DNA from: a virus
Taxonomy: Duplodnaviria; Caudoviricetes
IMG/VR virus record: IMGVR_UViG_3300017589_000105
Coordinates: 1-38,988 of that record
DNA: 38,988 bases
Strand: one strand, 5' to 3'
In this document: positions 9,707 through 19,197 of the stretch, one piece after another
How positions within the stretch are numbered: the stretch's first letter is position 1
Layout: the number at the start of each line of letters is the position of its first letter
Made by a program: the position numbers and the translations under genes
The notes under the pieces: model-generated
Databases searched by the model: none
What the model saw: only the letters and a program-made list of their open reading frames with translations
Told to the model about the DNA's origin: nothing

Positions 9707-9718
9707 TCCTCTCTTTTT
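9690..9718 (+). terminator. Intrinsic terminator after the capsid genes
   Basis: AAGAGGGGGCT-GAAT-AGTCCTCTCTT followed by Ts. Confidence 0.65.
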
Positions 9719-9734
9719 ATGAGGAGGGGATTGG

Positions 9735-10133
9735 ATGGCTTACTTAACTTATGCGGAATACATCGAGTTCGGTTGTGCGGATTTCCCGGCAAACGAATTT
9801 GAGAAACTGATTGCCAAGGCATCGGGGTACATAGATAGCCAAACGCGCGATTTTTATCAATTGAATGATTTAGAAGAAGACATCGCATTCCGACGTAACA
9901 AGTTTAAAAAGGCGGTTGCGTTACAAGTGGAATACATGTACTTGTCAGGCGCCACAAGCAGCTATGAAGCGAATACACCGCAAACGTGGTCAATCGGCCG
10001 CACAAGCGTGTCAGAGGCTTCCAGAAACTCGAATGCAGGACGGAACGAAGCGCCGAGCATCATTTCAGAAGATGCCATATTGGCGTTGAGTGGCACCGGA
10101 CTGTTGTATCGAGGGCTAGGGGTGATGGAATGA
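9735..10133 (+). CDS. Head-tail adaptor/connector
   Basis: MAYLTYAEY start, KKAVALQVEY motif, synteny. Confidence 0.85.
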   Translation: MAYLTYAEYIEFGCADFPANEFEKLIAKASGYIDSQTRDFYQLNDLEEDIAFRRNKFKKAVALQVEYMYLSGATSSYEANTPQTWSIGRTSVSEASRNSNAGRNEAPSIISEDAILALSGTGLLYRGLGVME

Positions 10134-10471
10134 GATTGCGGTTACCACCTATCACGGCTTATCCTCACGAAATTGAATACCTCATAAAGGGCACAGAAGA
10201 TGATTGGGGAAAGCCTACTTTATCCCCGCCTACGACGATTTCAAACACTCGCGTGGATGAGGGTTACAACTTCAATCGGGGCGGCACAAACGCGACGAAT
10301 GACATGCCAAACGCATTGATAACGATGTTTGGCAAATACAATTTGGAACTGCCGTCATTCGAAAATGATGGAATTATCCAATTCAGAGGCAGAGACTTCA
10401 CAATCGTCAAAGTTATCCCACTCTATTTTATGTCTGATGAAATCATCGGCTATGAATTGGAAGTGAAGTAA
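10130..10471 (+). CDS. Head closure protein (Minor_capsid_1-like)
   Basis: Start moved to the ATGA overlap; DDWGKP and YELEV motifs. Confidence 0.75.
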   Translation: MRLRLPPITAYPHEIEYLIKGTEDDWGKPTLSPPTTISNTRVDEGYNFNRGGTNATNDMPNALITMFGKYNLELPSFENDGIIQFRGRDFTIVKVIPLYFMSDEIIGYELEVK

Positions 10472-10815
10472 TGGTAACGATCAAGGTGGATTTAAAAGAA
10501 GCCTTTAGCACGCTATCCGATCAGAACATTACGGCAGGCAGAAGAGCAGCGGCAAATCAGGCATTAGCGGACATGAATGAGAATTTCGTGCCTATGCGTG
10601 ATGGTTGGCTACGCAACTCGGCTATCTTGGCGCTAGACGGCAGCGAAATACTTTGGAATACACCTTATGCGAGACCGCAGTATTACGGTACAAATGGGGA
10701 TGTTACCTTTTCGCGGTACACTACGCCGGGAACTGGCCCGCGTTGGGATTTGAAAGCAAAAAAAATGTTTATGAGTGATTGGGTCAAGGCGTTCACGGAA
10801 GGAGCGGGATTGTAA
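10471..10815 (+). CDS. Tail completion/neck protein (Minor_capsid_2-like)
   Basis: FVPMRDGWLRNS, WNTPYARPQYYG and TPGTGPRWD motifs. Confidence 0.85.
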   Translation: MVTIKVDLKEAFSTLSDQNITAGRRAAANQALADMNENFVPMRDGWLRNSAILALDGSEILWNTPYARPQYYGTNGDVTFSRYTTPGTGPRWDLKAKKMFMSDWVKAFTEGAGL

Positions 10816-11213
10816 TGGACTTTATGCAGCGGTTGCTTGGTAGTGTCAATAATATCCAAGCGTTGCCTATCATGTGTCAATTAGGCTATTTGAAATCGAC
10901 TGAATCGTTTTGTCTCTACCCGCTTCCGGGTGGGCGCGTCACGCAAGAGTTTTACAGCGGCGAAAAAGACCAACAACTCAACTATGAGTTCGCGATGAAG
11001 TCGAACGATCAGGAGAAAATACACACAACCTTATGGGCTGTTCAGAATCACTTAGAGGAACTTGAAGTGCTGCAAAGCATGGATGGTTCCTTTTCGTTTG
11101 ATTCCATTTCAATAACAAACAAGCCTTTTATTAATCAGTTGGATGATACAGGCAATTACATATTCATGCTTGATGTACAAGCACAAATAACTACATATCC
11201 CCAAGGAGGATGA
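10815..11213 (+). CDS. Tail terminator (Minor_capsid_3-like)
   Basis: TAATG coupling; synteny before the major tail gene. Confidence 0.8.
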   Translation: MDFMQRLLGSVNNIQALPIMCQLGYLKSTESFCLYPLPGGRVTQEFYSGEKDQQLNYEFAMKSNDQEKIHTTLWAVQNHLEELEVLQSMDGSFSFDSISITNKPFINQLDDTGNYIFMLDVQAQITTYPQGG

Positions 11214-11219
11214 CAAATA

Positions 11220-11681
11220 ATGGCAAGATTAAAGAACGCGGAACGAAAACATTATGTAGCACCATACGTTAGCGGCACGGAAACGGCACCAACAACTGAA
11301 GGCTGGTTGGAATTAGCTAAGTACATTTCCACAATCGGAGATGATACGCAAGAAGCTACCGAAGAAGAAGGTTTCTACGATGGTGACGGCACGGCAGAAG
11401 TCACAGTAACGTCCATCGCACAGGCATACACGCCAGAAGGCTACTTCGACCCAGAAGACCCAGCACAAGCTTTGATTGCCGACTTGAAGTATAAGATTGG
11501 CGACGGCCGTAAGATTTGGCACCGTGTGGTTCGCTCAGATGGCAATAAAGAGTGGGTCGGCCGCGCAACTGTTTCTGCAATCGTTGCAGGCGCAGGGGAT
11601 GCCGTTGCTTACGAGACATTCAGCTGCAACATTCGTTTTGACACGATCCCCGCAGAGACTGATTTAACACCAGTGGGATAA
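11220..11681 (+). CDS. Major tail (tube) protein
   Basis: FYDGDG and DPEDPAQALI motifs; followed by a terminator. Confidence 0.88.
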   Translation: MARLKNAERKHYVAPYVSGTETAPTTEGWLELAKYISTIGDDTQEATEEEGFYDGDGTAEVTVTSIAQAYTPEGYFDPEDPAQALIADLKYKIGDGRKIWHRVVRSDGNKEWVGRATVSAIVAGAGDAVAYETFSCNIRFDTIPAETDLTPVG

Positions 11682-11694
11682 ATAGATGACTGAT

Positions 11695-11725
11695 GAGGGA
11701 TGTGGAGACACTTCCCTCTTTTTTT
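11695..11725 (+). terminator. Intrinsic terminator after the major tail gene
   Basis: GAGGGA...TCCCTC stem followed by a long T run. Confidence 0.7.
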
Positions 11726-11741
11726 ATAGGGGGTAACTAAA

Positions 11742-12200
11742 ATGGCAGATATCAAAATTGGCATCAAACGCACAGGCTTCCCGGTAAAAATCGGAGAAAT
11801 TGAATTGTGGTTTGACAGCTCGATTGAAAATCTAAAACGTTTCTTCAATATCGACAAATTAGCGGAAGAGCGACTTGAACAGACAAAAGAACTGGCAAAA
11901 AACATCAAGCTGCCGGATGAAATCAACGAAGAAACCGTAAAAGCGATGGATGAACAGACCATCAATGATGCGTTCAATGTGAATAAAGAATTTATCGCGA
12001 TCCAATACGATTTGATTTTTGGTGATGGGGCGTTTACGAAAGTTTATGAAGAGTATCCGGACATCATGGCGCTTGAAGATGTGCTTGAACAAGTCGGACA
12101 AGCCGTTGCTCAAAAAGTGGAAAACATGGAGAAGGAACGTCAAGACAAGTCAGCGGTTAAGGTTTCGGACCATCTAAAGAAAAAAGCAAGCAAGAAGTAG
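11742..12200 (+). CDS. Tail assembly chaperone (G-like)
   Basis: YDLIFGDGAFTKVYEEYPD motif; synteny. Confidence 0.8.
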   Translation: MADIKIGIKRTGFPVKIGEIELWFDSSIENLKRFFNIDKLAEERLEQTKELAKNIKLPDEINEETVKAMDEQTINDAFNVNKEFIAIQYDLIFGDGAFTKVYEEYPDIMALEDVLEQVGQAVAQKVENMEKERQDKSAVKVSDHLKKKASKK

Positions 12201-12209
12201 GCGATAACA

Positions 12210-12794
12210 ATGCGACTGAATGACAGGCTTTTAAATGCTTACGAATACAACGGGATGGATTATCCGATTGACTTAACTTTTGATAACGTGCTGGACATAT
12301 TCGATGTGCTATCAGACGAAGAATTGAACGATTATGACAAGGCGAAACTAAACCTGATGTATTTGTTCGATGGCGAACATTTGGACCCAGAGAGGGCGAC
12401 GATTGCGCCAGAAGATGCCGTTGAGATTTGGAACGACATATTTGAAAACTATATATCAGTTGTCGATAAAGAGGTTGCTGATTATGACCTGCAAGGTAAT
12501 CCGATGCCGAAAAAGGAAATGAAGAAGCTAATCAACATCGAAAAAGATGCAGAGTTTATCTTCTCCTCCTTCCAACAGGCTTACCGGATTAATTTGTTCG
12601 AGGAGCAAGGCCGGATGCACTGGCATGAGTTCCAGGCACTGTTGAACGGATTGCCGGAGAACACGATATTCAAGCGCATCATCCAAATTCGAGCATGGGA
12701 ACCATCCAAACACGAATCCAAAGAATACAAAAAGAGCATGAGTGAACTGCAGGAAATATACAGCCTCGAAGAAGACCAGGAGGAGGTGGAATAA
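12210..12794 (+). CDS. Gp15-family protein (A118 gp15-like, T-like chaperone)
   Basis: DAEFIFSSFQQAYRINL...MHWHEFQALLNGLPENT motif. Confidence 0.85.
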   Translation: MRLNDRLLNAYEYNGMDYPIDLTFDNVLDIFDVLSDEELNDYDKAKLNLMYLFDGEHLDPERATIAPEDAVEIWNDIFENYISVVDKEVADYDLQGNPMPKKEMKKLINIEKDAEFIFSSFQQAYRINLFEEQGRMHWHEFQALLNGLPENTIFKRIIQIRAWEPSKHESKEYKKSMSELQEIYSLEEDQEEVE

Positions 12795-15700
12795 TTGTCA
12801 GATGGAAAAATAAGTATTGCTATCGAAGTAGATGGCAAAGAAATCAAAGTCGCCACAACGGAACTGGATAAATTAGCGAAAAGCGCTGAAGGTTCTGGAT
12901 CCCCGTTAAAAGTCGCGGAAAAAAGTTTGGATAGTGTCGCAGACAGCGCGAAGGACGCCAAGAAGCCGCTAGAGGATACCGAAAAAGGATTGGGTAGCGT
13001 TGGAGATAGTGCGAAAGGCGCAAAGAAGCCGCTAGACGACACGAAGAAGTCAATCGGTGGAGTAGGTGAGGAATCCGTAAAAGCTACTTCTAACGTGAAA
13101 GATATGGCGCTATCGTTCGGTTTGGTGAAGATAGCATCCGCCGCCTTTAGTGTAATCGCGCAATCATTAGATGCCGCAATCTCGCGGTTTGACATCATGC
13201 AGAAATATCCGAAAGTATTAGGCGCTTTGGGATTTAGCGCGGAAGAATCCAAGAAATCTATCACGCAACTAGCAGACGGCATCGACGGACTTCCTACAAA
13301 GTTAGATGATGTCGTTGCCAGCACGCAACAATTCACCTCAATAACCGGAGATTTAGAGACGTCTACAGACACAGTTTTGGCCTTGAATAACGCATTTTTG
13401 GCTAGTGGGGCAAGTGCGGCAGATGCGAGCCGTGGTACGGATCAGTATTCACAAATGTTATCCAGCGGCGTAGTCGACTTGGAATCCTGGAAAACGTTGC
13501 AAGAAACGATGCCGCTCGCTTTGCAAAAGACAGCCGAAGCGATGGGATTTGTCGGATCTACAGCGCAACGCGAGTTATATAACGCATTAAAAGAGGGAAA
13601 AATAACATTCAGGGATTTCCAAAACCAATTGATTGAATTGGGGACCGGAACTGGGATGTTGGCGGATCTCGCGAAAGAAAACAGCACTGGTATTGCAACA
13701 TCTTTCGGAAACTTGCGTAATGCGGTTGCGAAAAATATCGCTAACATAATCACGAAAGTTGATGAAATGACACAAGCGGTAACGGGCAAAACAATCGCTC
13801 AAAACATCGATAGCTTAAAGGCCATCATTAACTCATCAATGGCCGCTATTGGTGACTCTATCGAAAAGGCAACGCCTTATATCATCGCGTTCAAGGATGG
13901 CGTACAAGCGGTGCTGCCGGTAGTGGAATTTTTAACGCCTGCAATCATGGGACTGGTAGCTGCTTATACAGCGCTGCAACTCATCAACAAAGTGAGCGCT
14001 CAAATCAATGCGACGAAAGCCGCGTTTGAAGCGATGGCAACTACTACGGCGAAAATAACCGCTTTGACAACTGCAAAAACAACTGCTGAACTGGCTAATA
14101 ATGCCGTTCAAGCGAAATATCTGGCAGCTAACTTGGCCAGCATGTCCGCGTTGACGGCTAAAAATGTCGTGGTCGGATTGCTAACGGGTAGCCTGACGCT
14201 ATCGACTGCTGCAACGCTTCTTAAAGCAAAAGCGGTATTAGTGTTGTCCGGCGCCTTGAAATTCCTCGCTGGTCCGATTGGTTGGGTCGTGCTTGGTATT
14301 GGTGCACTGGTAACGGCAGGTGTCGCATTGGTCAAGTGGTTGAACAAGGCAAGTGAAGACGGAGCTAAATTAACAAGCGAAACCGAAGACTTGGCAACTG
14401 CGAACGAAGCCCTTGCCGAAACGGTTGAAAGTAGCGCGGACACGTACAAAAAGAACCAAAACAACATCCAAGCGACGGCAGATGCAAATAGTGACTTGAT
14501 ATCCAAAATTGAAGAACTATACGCCGTTGAGGACAAGACAAGCGCGCAGAAGAAAGAGTTGTCCGCCTACGTTGAGCAATTGAACGGATCCATGGATGGC
14601 TTGAATCTCGCCTACTCAGAAGAAGCTGACATGTTGAACCAGTCCAGTGAATACTTGCAACAACGCGTGGATTTGCTGAAAGAGCAAGAGACCGCTAATG
14701 CCGCTCAGGAGCGCATGTTAGAAATTTCCAAAGAGCAATCCGAAGTGGAGCAAAAGTTAGCAGAAACAAACGTATTGCGTGAAGAATGGAATCAAAAACT
14801 GGCGGATGGATCTGTCAAGTCGCGGGAACACAAAGAAGCCATCGCTGAACTTGATGCACAAGAACAATTATTAAAAGACACGACTCTCGCATTGGGAGAA
14901 GAGCAAAAACTCACAGAAACGAAATTTACGGAATCCATGGCTGCGATCGATGCAGCAACGCGGGAATCCGTCGACAACCAGATCATCACTTTTGCTGATT
15001 TGAGCGAAACGCAAGCCGCTACAGTCGAGAGTATGAAAGCGACTTGGGAAGATTACAAGGCCGCTGCAACGAACATGTTTGATGTGTTGAGTTCTGAATC
15101 CGAGTTAACAGTTGCTGAAATGACAGCGAACTTGGAAGAAAACCAACGCGTCATCGGCGCTTGGGCAGATAACATCGCAATCTTAGCTGCACGCGGTGTG
15201 GATGAAGGGTTGCTCGAAACGTTACGCACAGCAGGACCTGAATCAGCCGGATATGTTAATGCGTTGGTTAGTGCGTCGGATGAGGAATTAGCAGGCCTGA
15301 GCACAGCGTTTGCAAATGGCGGGGCTGTTGCAACAGATGCGTTGGCTACGTCGTTAGGCGTTGAAAATAACGAGGTTGTAAACAGCGTGATGGGATTGGT
15401 AACGGAAGCCAAAGCGACAATGGCGCAAGAAATAGAAGCGGCTGACTTTGGCAGCATCGGTAAAAACGTTGCGGCAGGTTTGGGTGGCGGTATCGATGAA
15501 GGTGCTGCAGAAGTTGTTACATCTGCTGAAAACATGGCACAAGATACGATTGACGGTGCGGAAAGCGCATTTGAAATCAATTCGCCATCTCGTGTATTCA
15601 AGGGCATGGGCGGATTTATCACAGAAGGTCTGGCTTTGGGCGTTAATACGGGCACGAGTAGAGTCCTACAAGCTATTGCCAGCATGTTCAGCCAAGCGCG

Positions 15701-16250
15701 CGCACAATCTATGGCCGGTGTATCGCAAATAATCGCATCCTACAACGGATTGCCAAACAGCATGCGCTCTATCGGATTATACGCAATGGCTGGATTAAAT
15801 GGCGGGTTATTGGCCGGCGCCGGGTCTGTATTAGCTACTGCGAGAAGTATCGCCAACAGCGTTGCAGCTACGATGCAAGCGGCATTGAAAATCAACTCAC
15901 CATCACGTGTTATGCGTGATGATGTCGGTCGATGGATACCTGAAGGATTAGCAGAAGGTATTCGAGGCAGCGCATCATCTGTTTATGAAGAGATCAACAG
16001 AATTTCCGCAGGCGTAGTTAAAGGTGGCAGCCCTGAAATGGCTCTCGGCCTAAACGGCATGACTGCTATGAGCGCTGGCTATGCAACGATCAACAATAAT
16101 TCCAGGTCAGTGGATGCATCGCAAGTTATCACGAATGAGAATCGCCCGGTCATTCATATCGAAAAAATAGAAAATCATTCTGATTCGGACATCCCGAAAA
16201 TTTTGGAAGAATCCGCTTGGATAATGAGCAGGGAAGGGAGTAGACTATGA
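12795..16250 (+). CDS. Tape measure protein
   Basis: 1151 aa, Ala-rich helical, tape-measure domain, hydrophobic stretch, two INSPSRV motifs. Confidence 0.95.
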   Translation: MSDGKISIAIEVDGKEIKVATTELDKLAKSAEGSGSPLKVAEKSLDSVADSAKDAKKPLEDTEKGLGSVGDSAKGAKKPLDDTKKSIGGVGEESVKATSNVKDMALSFGLVKIASAAFSVIAQSLDAAISRFDIMQKYPKVLGALGFSAEESKKSITQLADGIDGLPTKLDDVVASTQQFTSITGDLETSTDTVLALNNAFLASGASAADASRGTDQYSQMLSSGVVDLESWKTLQETMPLALQKTAEAMGFVGSTAQRELYNALKEGKITFRDFQNQLIELGTGTGMLADLAKENSTGIATSFGNLRNAVAKNIANIITKVDEMTQAVTGKTIAQNIDSLKAIINSSMAAIGDSIEKATPYIIAFKDGVQAVLPVVEFLTPAIMGLVAAYTALQLINKVSAQINATKAAFEAMATTTAKITALTTAKTTAELANNAVQAKYLAANLASMSALTAKNVVVGLLTGSLTLSTAATLLKAKAVLVLSGALKFLAGPIGWVVLGIGALVTAGVALVKWLNKASEDGAKLTSETEDLATANEALAETVESSADTYKKNQNNIQATADANSDLISKIEELYAVEDKTSAQKKELSAYVEQLNGSMDGLNLAYSEEADMLNQSSEYLQQRVDLLKEQETANAAQERMLEISKEQSEVEQKLAETNVLREEWNQKLADGSVKSREHKEAIAELDAQEQLLKDTTLALGEEQKLTETKFTESMAAIDAATRESVDNQIITFADLSETQAATVESMKATWEDYKAAATNMFDVLSSESELTVAEMTANLEENQRVIGAWADNIAILAARGVDEGLLETLRTAGPESAGYVNALVSASDEELAGLSTAFANGGAVATDALATSLGVENNEVVNSVMGLVTEAKATMAQEIEAADFGSIGKNVAAGLGGGIDEGAAEVVTSAENMAQDTIDGAESAFEINSPSRVFKGMGGFITEGLALGVNTGTSRVLQAIASMFSQARAQSMAGVSQIIASYNGLPNSMRSIGLYAMAGLNGGLLAGAGSVLATARSIANSVAATMQAALKINSPSRVMRDDVGRWIPEGLAEGIRGSASSVYEEINRISAGVVKGGSPEMALGLNGMTAMSAGYATINNNSRSVDASQVITNENRPVIHIEKIENHSDSDIPKILEESAWIMSREGSRL

Positions 16251-16975
16251 GCGCAAATTTTGAATACAAGGGTGTGAATTCGCTGGACATGCACATGCAC
16301 ATCCGAAACGAAATAGTCTTCACTTCCCCGGAAGCGGATGTTGATTTTGTCGAAGTGCTAGGAAGAGATGGCGAACTCGCCATTGATAACGAAAGGCTTA
16401 AAGGTGTGCCGTTTTCTATTCCGATAACGCTAAAATTGCCGGATAACGTCACAATCGAACAAATTGCGACAGAGATAGCAGCATGGCTTAAAAATGATAT
16501 TGGCTGGTATCCATTACGGTTCTCCGGCAGTCCGGATTATGAGTATTTGGCCATGTACACGGAGCAGTTCAAAATTTCAGAAACGCTTAAAAATTACGGA
16601 AAAACCGTATTGACATTCAGATTGAAACCGTACAAGCGGCGAGTGAGTGGCGAAACGATCGATTTAGCAAACGGGACTGCCTTATATAATCCCGAAATGC
16701 GCTCGTCTAAGCCTTTAATTCATATAGAGGGGCAAGGAGATATCACGCTAAAGAAAAATGGCGTGGACTGGCTTGTTTTGATAGCTGTTGACGGTTATAT
16801 CACGGTTGACTCTGAAATGATGAGCGTTTATAAAGATACGTTGCCACAGTTTAACAAAATGAACGGCAGTCTGTCTCCGATGTTCCCGGTGTTGGAAGCT
16901 GGCGAAAGTGCCATAACATGGGAAGGCGCCGCTACCAAAGTAACAATAACGCCTAGATGGGAGGCTGTCGTATGA
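16247..16975 (+). CDS. Distal tail protein (Dit)
   Basis: VEVLGRDGEL motif; position after the tape measure gene. Confidence 0.85.
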   Translation: MSANFEYKGVNSLDMHMHIRNEIVFTSPEADVDFVEVLGRDGELAIDNERLKGVPFSIPITLKLPDNVTIEQIATEIAAWLKNDIGWYPLRFSGSPDYEYLAMYTEQFKISETLKNYGKTVLTFRLKPYKRRVSGETIDLANGTALYNPEMRSSKPLIHIEGQGDITLKKNGVDWLVLIAVDGYITVDSEMMSVYKDTLPQFNKMNGSLSPMFPVLEAGESAITWEGAATKVTITPRWEAVV

Positions 16976-19197
16976 GTTATGCAATTTTATACAAAGCCAA
17001 CGAAACTGACTTTACCCATTTGGGCTTGGGCGTGCTGCGTGATGCGGTATCTCCTTTAGTAACAGAAGAGCGGAACGGACAGTTCGAACTGGTGATGAAA
17101 TATCCGGTTGACGGTTCATTGTTCAACGAGATTAAAAACGATCGCCTGATTAAAGCAGATGCCAGCCATAGCTTAAAGGCGCAACGGTTCAAAGTCATCC
17201 GCATCACGAAGCCGTCTGGCGGAATGATAACGGTATACGCAGAGCATGTTTCGTACTTGTCTCAGGACTTGCCGCTAAAGCCAGAAGTTAGCTACAGCGG
17301 CAACGCAACGCAAGCTTTGAGCACCTGGCAAAACAACATAGTCGATGAACATCCCTTTACGACTTTTTCGGATATCCAAACAAGCGGCAGCGGGCAATGG
17401 ACAATTGACAAGGTTGAGAACGCAAGGCGTGCCCTAGGTGGTATAGAGGGGTCGATATTGGACAGCTACGGCGGGGAGTATCGATTCGACAACTACCACA
17501 TTGGGCTTTACGCAAACCGCGGAAATGACTCCGGTGCCTTGATTGCATACGGCAAAAACTTGACTGATTTAGAGCAAGAAGAAGAAATCGCAAACACGTA
17601 CACATCCATTTATCCGTATACGAATATCCGGGACGAGGAAGGCAACGAAAGCTTGCTGACATTGCCGGAATATTTTGTCGACAGCGAGCACACAGATAAG
17701 TACGCGCGCCGGAAAATTAAAACGGTCAATTTCCAACAGGACGAAATCACGACAGTTGAACAATTGAGGGAACGCGCGCAGCAATATATCGAAGCGAATG
17801 GTATCGGGGTGCCAAACGTCAACCTGAGCGTCAAGTTTGTTGATCTATCTAAAACACTCGACTACAAAGCGTTGGCATTGGTCGAAGAAATCAACTTGTG
17901 CGATCAGATCACAGTCTACTATGAAAAGTTAGACATCAGGCAGAAGGCCAAAGTCATAAAAACGGTGTGGGATGTTTCCTTGGACCGTTACGACGAGTTG
18001 GTGATCGGTAAAGCCAAAGCAAGCTTGTCGCAAAGCATTAGCTCCAATGTTGATGGAAAACTTGAAACGGTAATTACTAACCTCAATACCGTGCGGATTG
18101 CTGCAGATGGAAAAACAAAAATCTTTACAGGCATCGCGGAACCAACCGCATCGAACATCAACGATTTGTGGTACAAGCCAGTCGGAGACGGCGGCGTTGA
18201 GATGTACCGCTGGGATGGCATCATCTGGGCTTTGCAGAAATCTAGTGCAGGCGCGTTAGCCGGTACGATTGATTTTTCGACTATACAAGCGATCAACATC
18301 GATGCCAATGCCATCACAACCGGAACGCTAAGCGGCGCCAATATGTGGCTGAATCTGATAACCGGTAAAATGCAGTTCACTGATCCAGATACTGGGGACG
18401 TACTGGCACTTGATCAGGGGGAAATCTTCTTTCAGAACGGTCCCAATACTAGGCATTTAAAATACACCTCGGAAGGTTTAAAAATAGTTCCTGGGGCAGG
18501 TAATACAGGAACAAACCTGAATACGTCCATCCGGCTTCACGGGGGTATCACATATATAGATTTCTTCGATGATGTTACCGGCAACGTTCCGGAGGATACG
18601 GCTCGTGCACGGGTAGAATCGAACGGTGAATATCTTTATCTGCGAACAGCTAACGGCGAATCGGTGCGGGTTGTTGATTGGGGCGGTAATCCGCGCGACA
18701 TCATCGCTAGGAATTTTATTACAACAGATCCTGATAATCCAACCTATCATCATGCAGATCGATGGGAAACGCCTCGTGACGGTAACCGCGGGCTTGTGGT
18801 ATCTCCTAACGGTACCGGTAAGTTCTATGTCAGCAATCCGGAACAAACGGCCTATTATCCGGTTTGGGCTTCGTCGTTTGATGTTTCATCTTCACTCGAG
18901 TTCAAGAAATGCATCGAGGACTATATCGGTAATGCAACAGAACTGATAAACGGAACAGCGGTCCGAGAGTATTACTTGAACGAAGATATCGAAGGCGTTG
19001 ACTTGAAGCGGATCGGCTTGATTGTGCAGGAAGCTCCGCTTGAAGTCATTAACCCGGACGGCGGCAAGACGATCGATTTGTACGCGATGAATTCGTTGTT
19101 GTGGAAGGGTGCGCAAGAATTGTCAGCCGAATTATCAGAAACAAAACAAGAACTAGCGGACCTGAAGGCTCTGTTAATTGAAAAAGGAGTGATTTAA
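16972..19197 (+). CDS. Tal/baseplate hub-tail spike with C-terminal S74-type intramolecular chaperone
   Basis: VTEERNGQFEL and IAYGKNL N-terminal motifs; SSLEFK...IGLIVQE...coiled-coil C-terminus. Confidence 0.85.
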   Translation: MSYAILYKANETDFTHLGLGVLRDAVSPLVTEERNGQFELVMKYPVDGSLFNEIKNDRLIKADASHSLKAQRFKVIRITKPSGGMITVYAEHVSYLSQDLPLKPEVSYSGNATQALSTWQNNIVDEHPFTTFSDIQTSGSGQWTIDKVENARRALGGIEGSILDSYGGEYRFDNYHIGLYANRGNDSGALIAYGKNLTDLEQEEEIANTYTSIYPYTNIRDEEGNESLLTLPEYFVDSEHTDKYARRKIKTVNFQQDEITTVEQLRERAQQYIEANGIGVPNVNLSVKFVDLSKTLDYKALALVEEINLCDQITVYYEKLDIRQKAKVIKTVWDVSLDRYDELVIGKAKASLSQSISSNVDGKLETVITNLNTVRIAADGKTKIFTGIAEPTASNINDLWYKPVGDGGVEMYRWDGIIWALQKSSAGALAGTIDFSTIQAINIDANAITTGTLSGANMWLNLITGKMQFTDPDTGDVLALDQGEIFFQNGPNTRHLKYTSEGLKIVPGAGNTGTNLNTSIRLHGGITYIDFFDDVTGNVPEDTARARVESNGEYLYLRTANGESVRVVDWGGNPRDIIARNFITTDPDNPTYHHADRWETPRDGNRGLVVSPNGTGKFYVSNPEQTAYYPVWASSFDVSSSLEFKKCIEDYIGNATELINGTAVREYYLNEDIEGVDLKRIGLIVQEAPLEVINPDGGKTIDLYAMNSLLWKGAQELSAELSETKQELADLKALLIEKGVI

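Noticed and set aside
12581-15685. Long minus-strand ORFs (263, 142 and 210 aa) over the tape measure gene
   Set aside because: Antisense shadows of a codon-biased gene; no RBS or protein-like motifs
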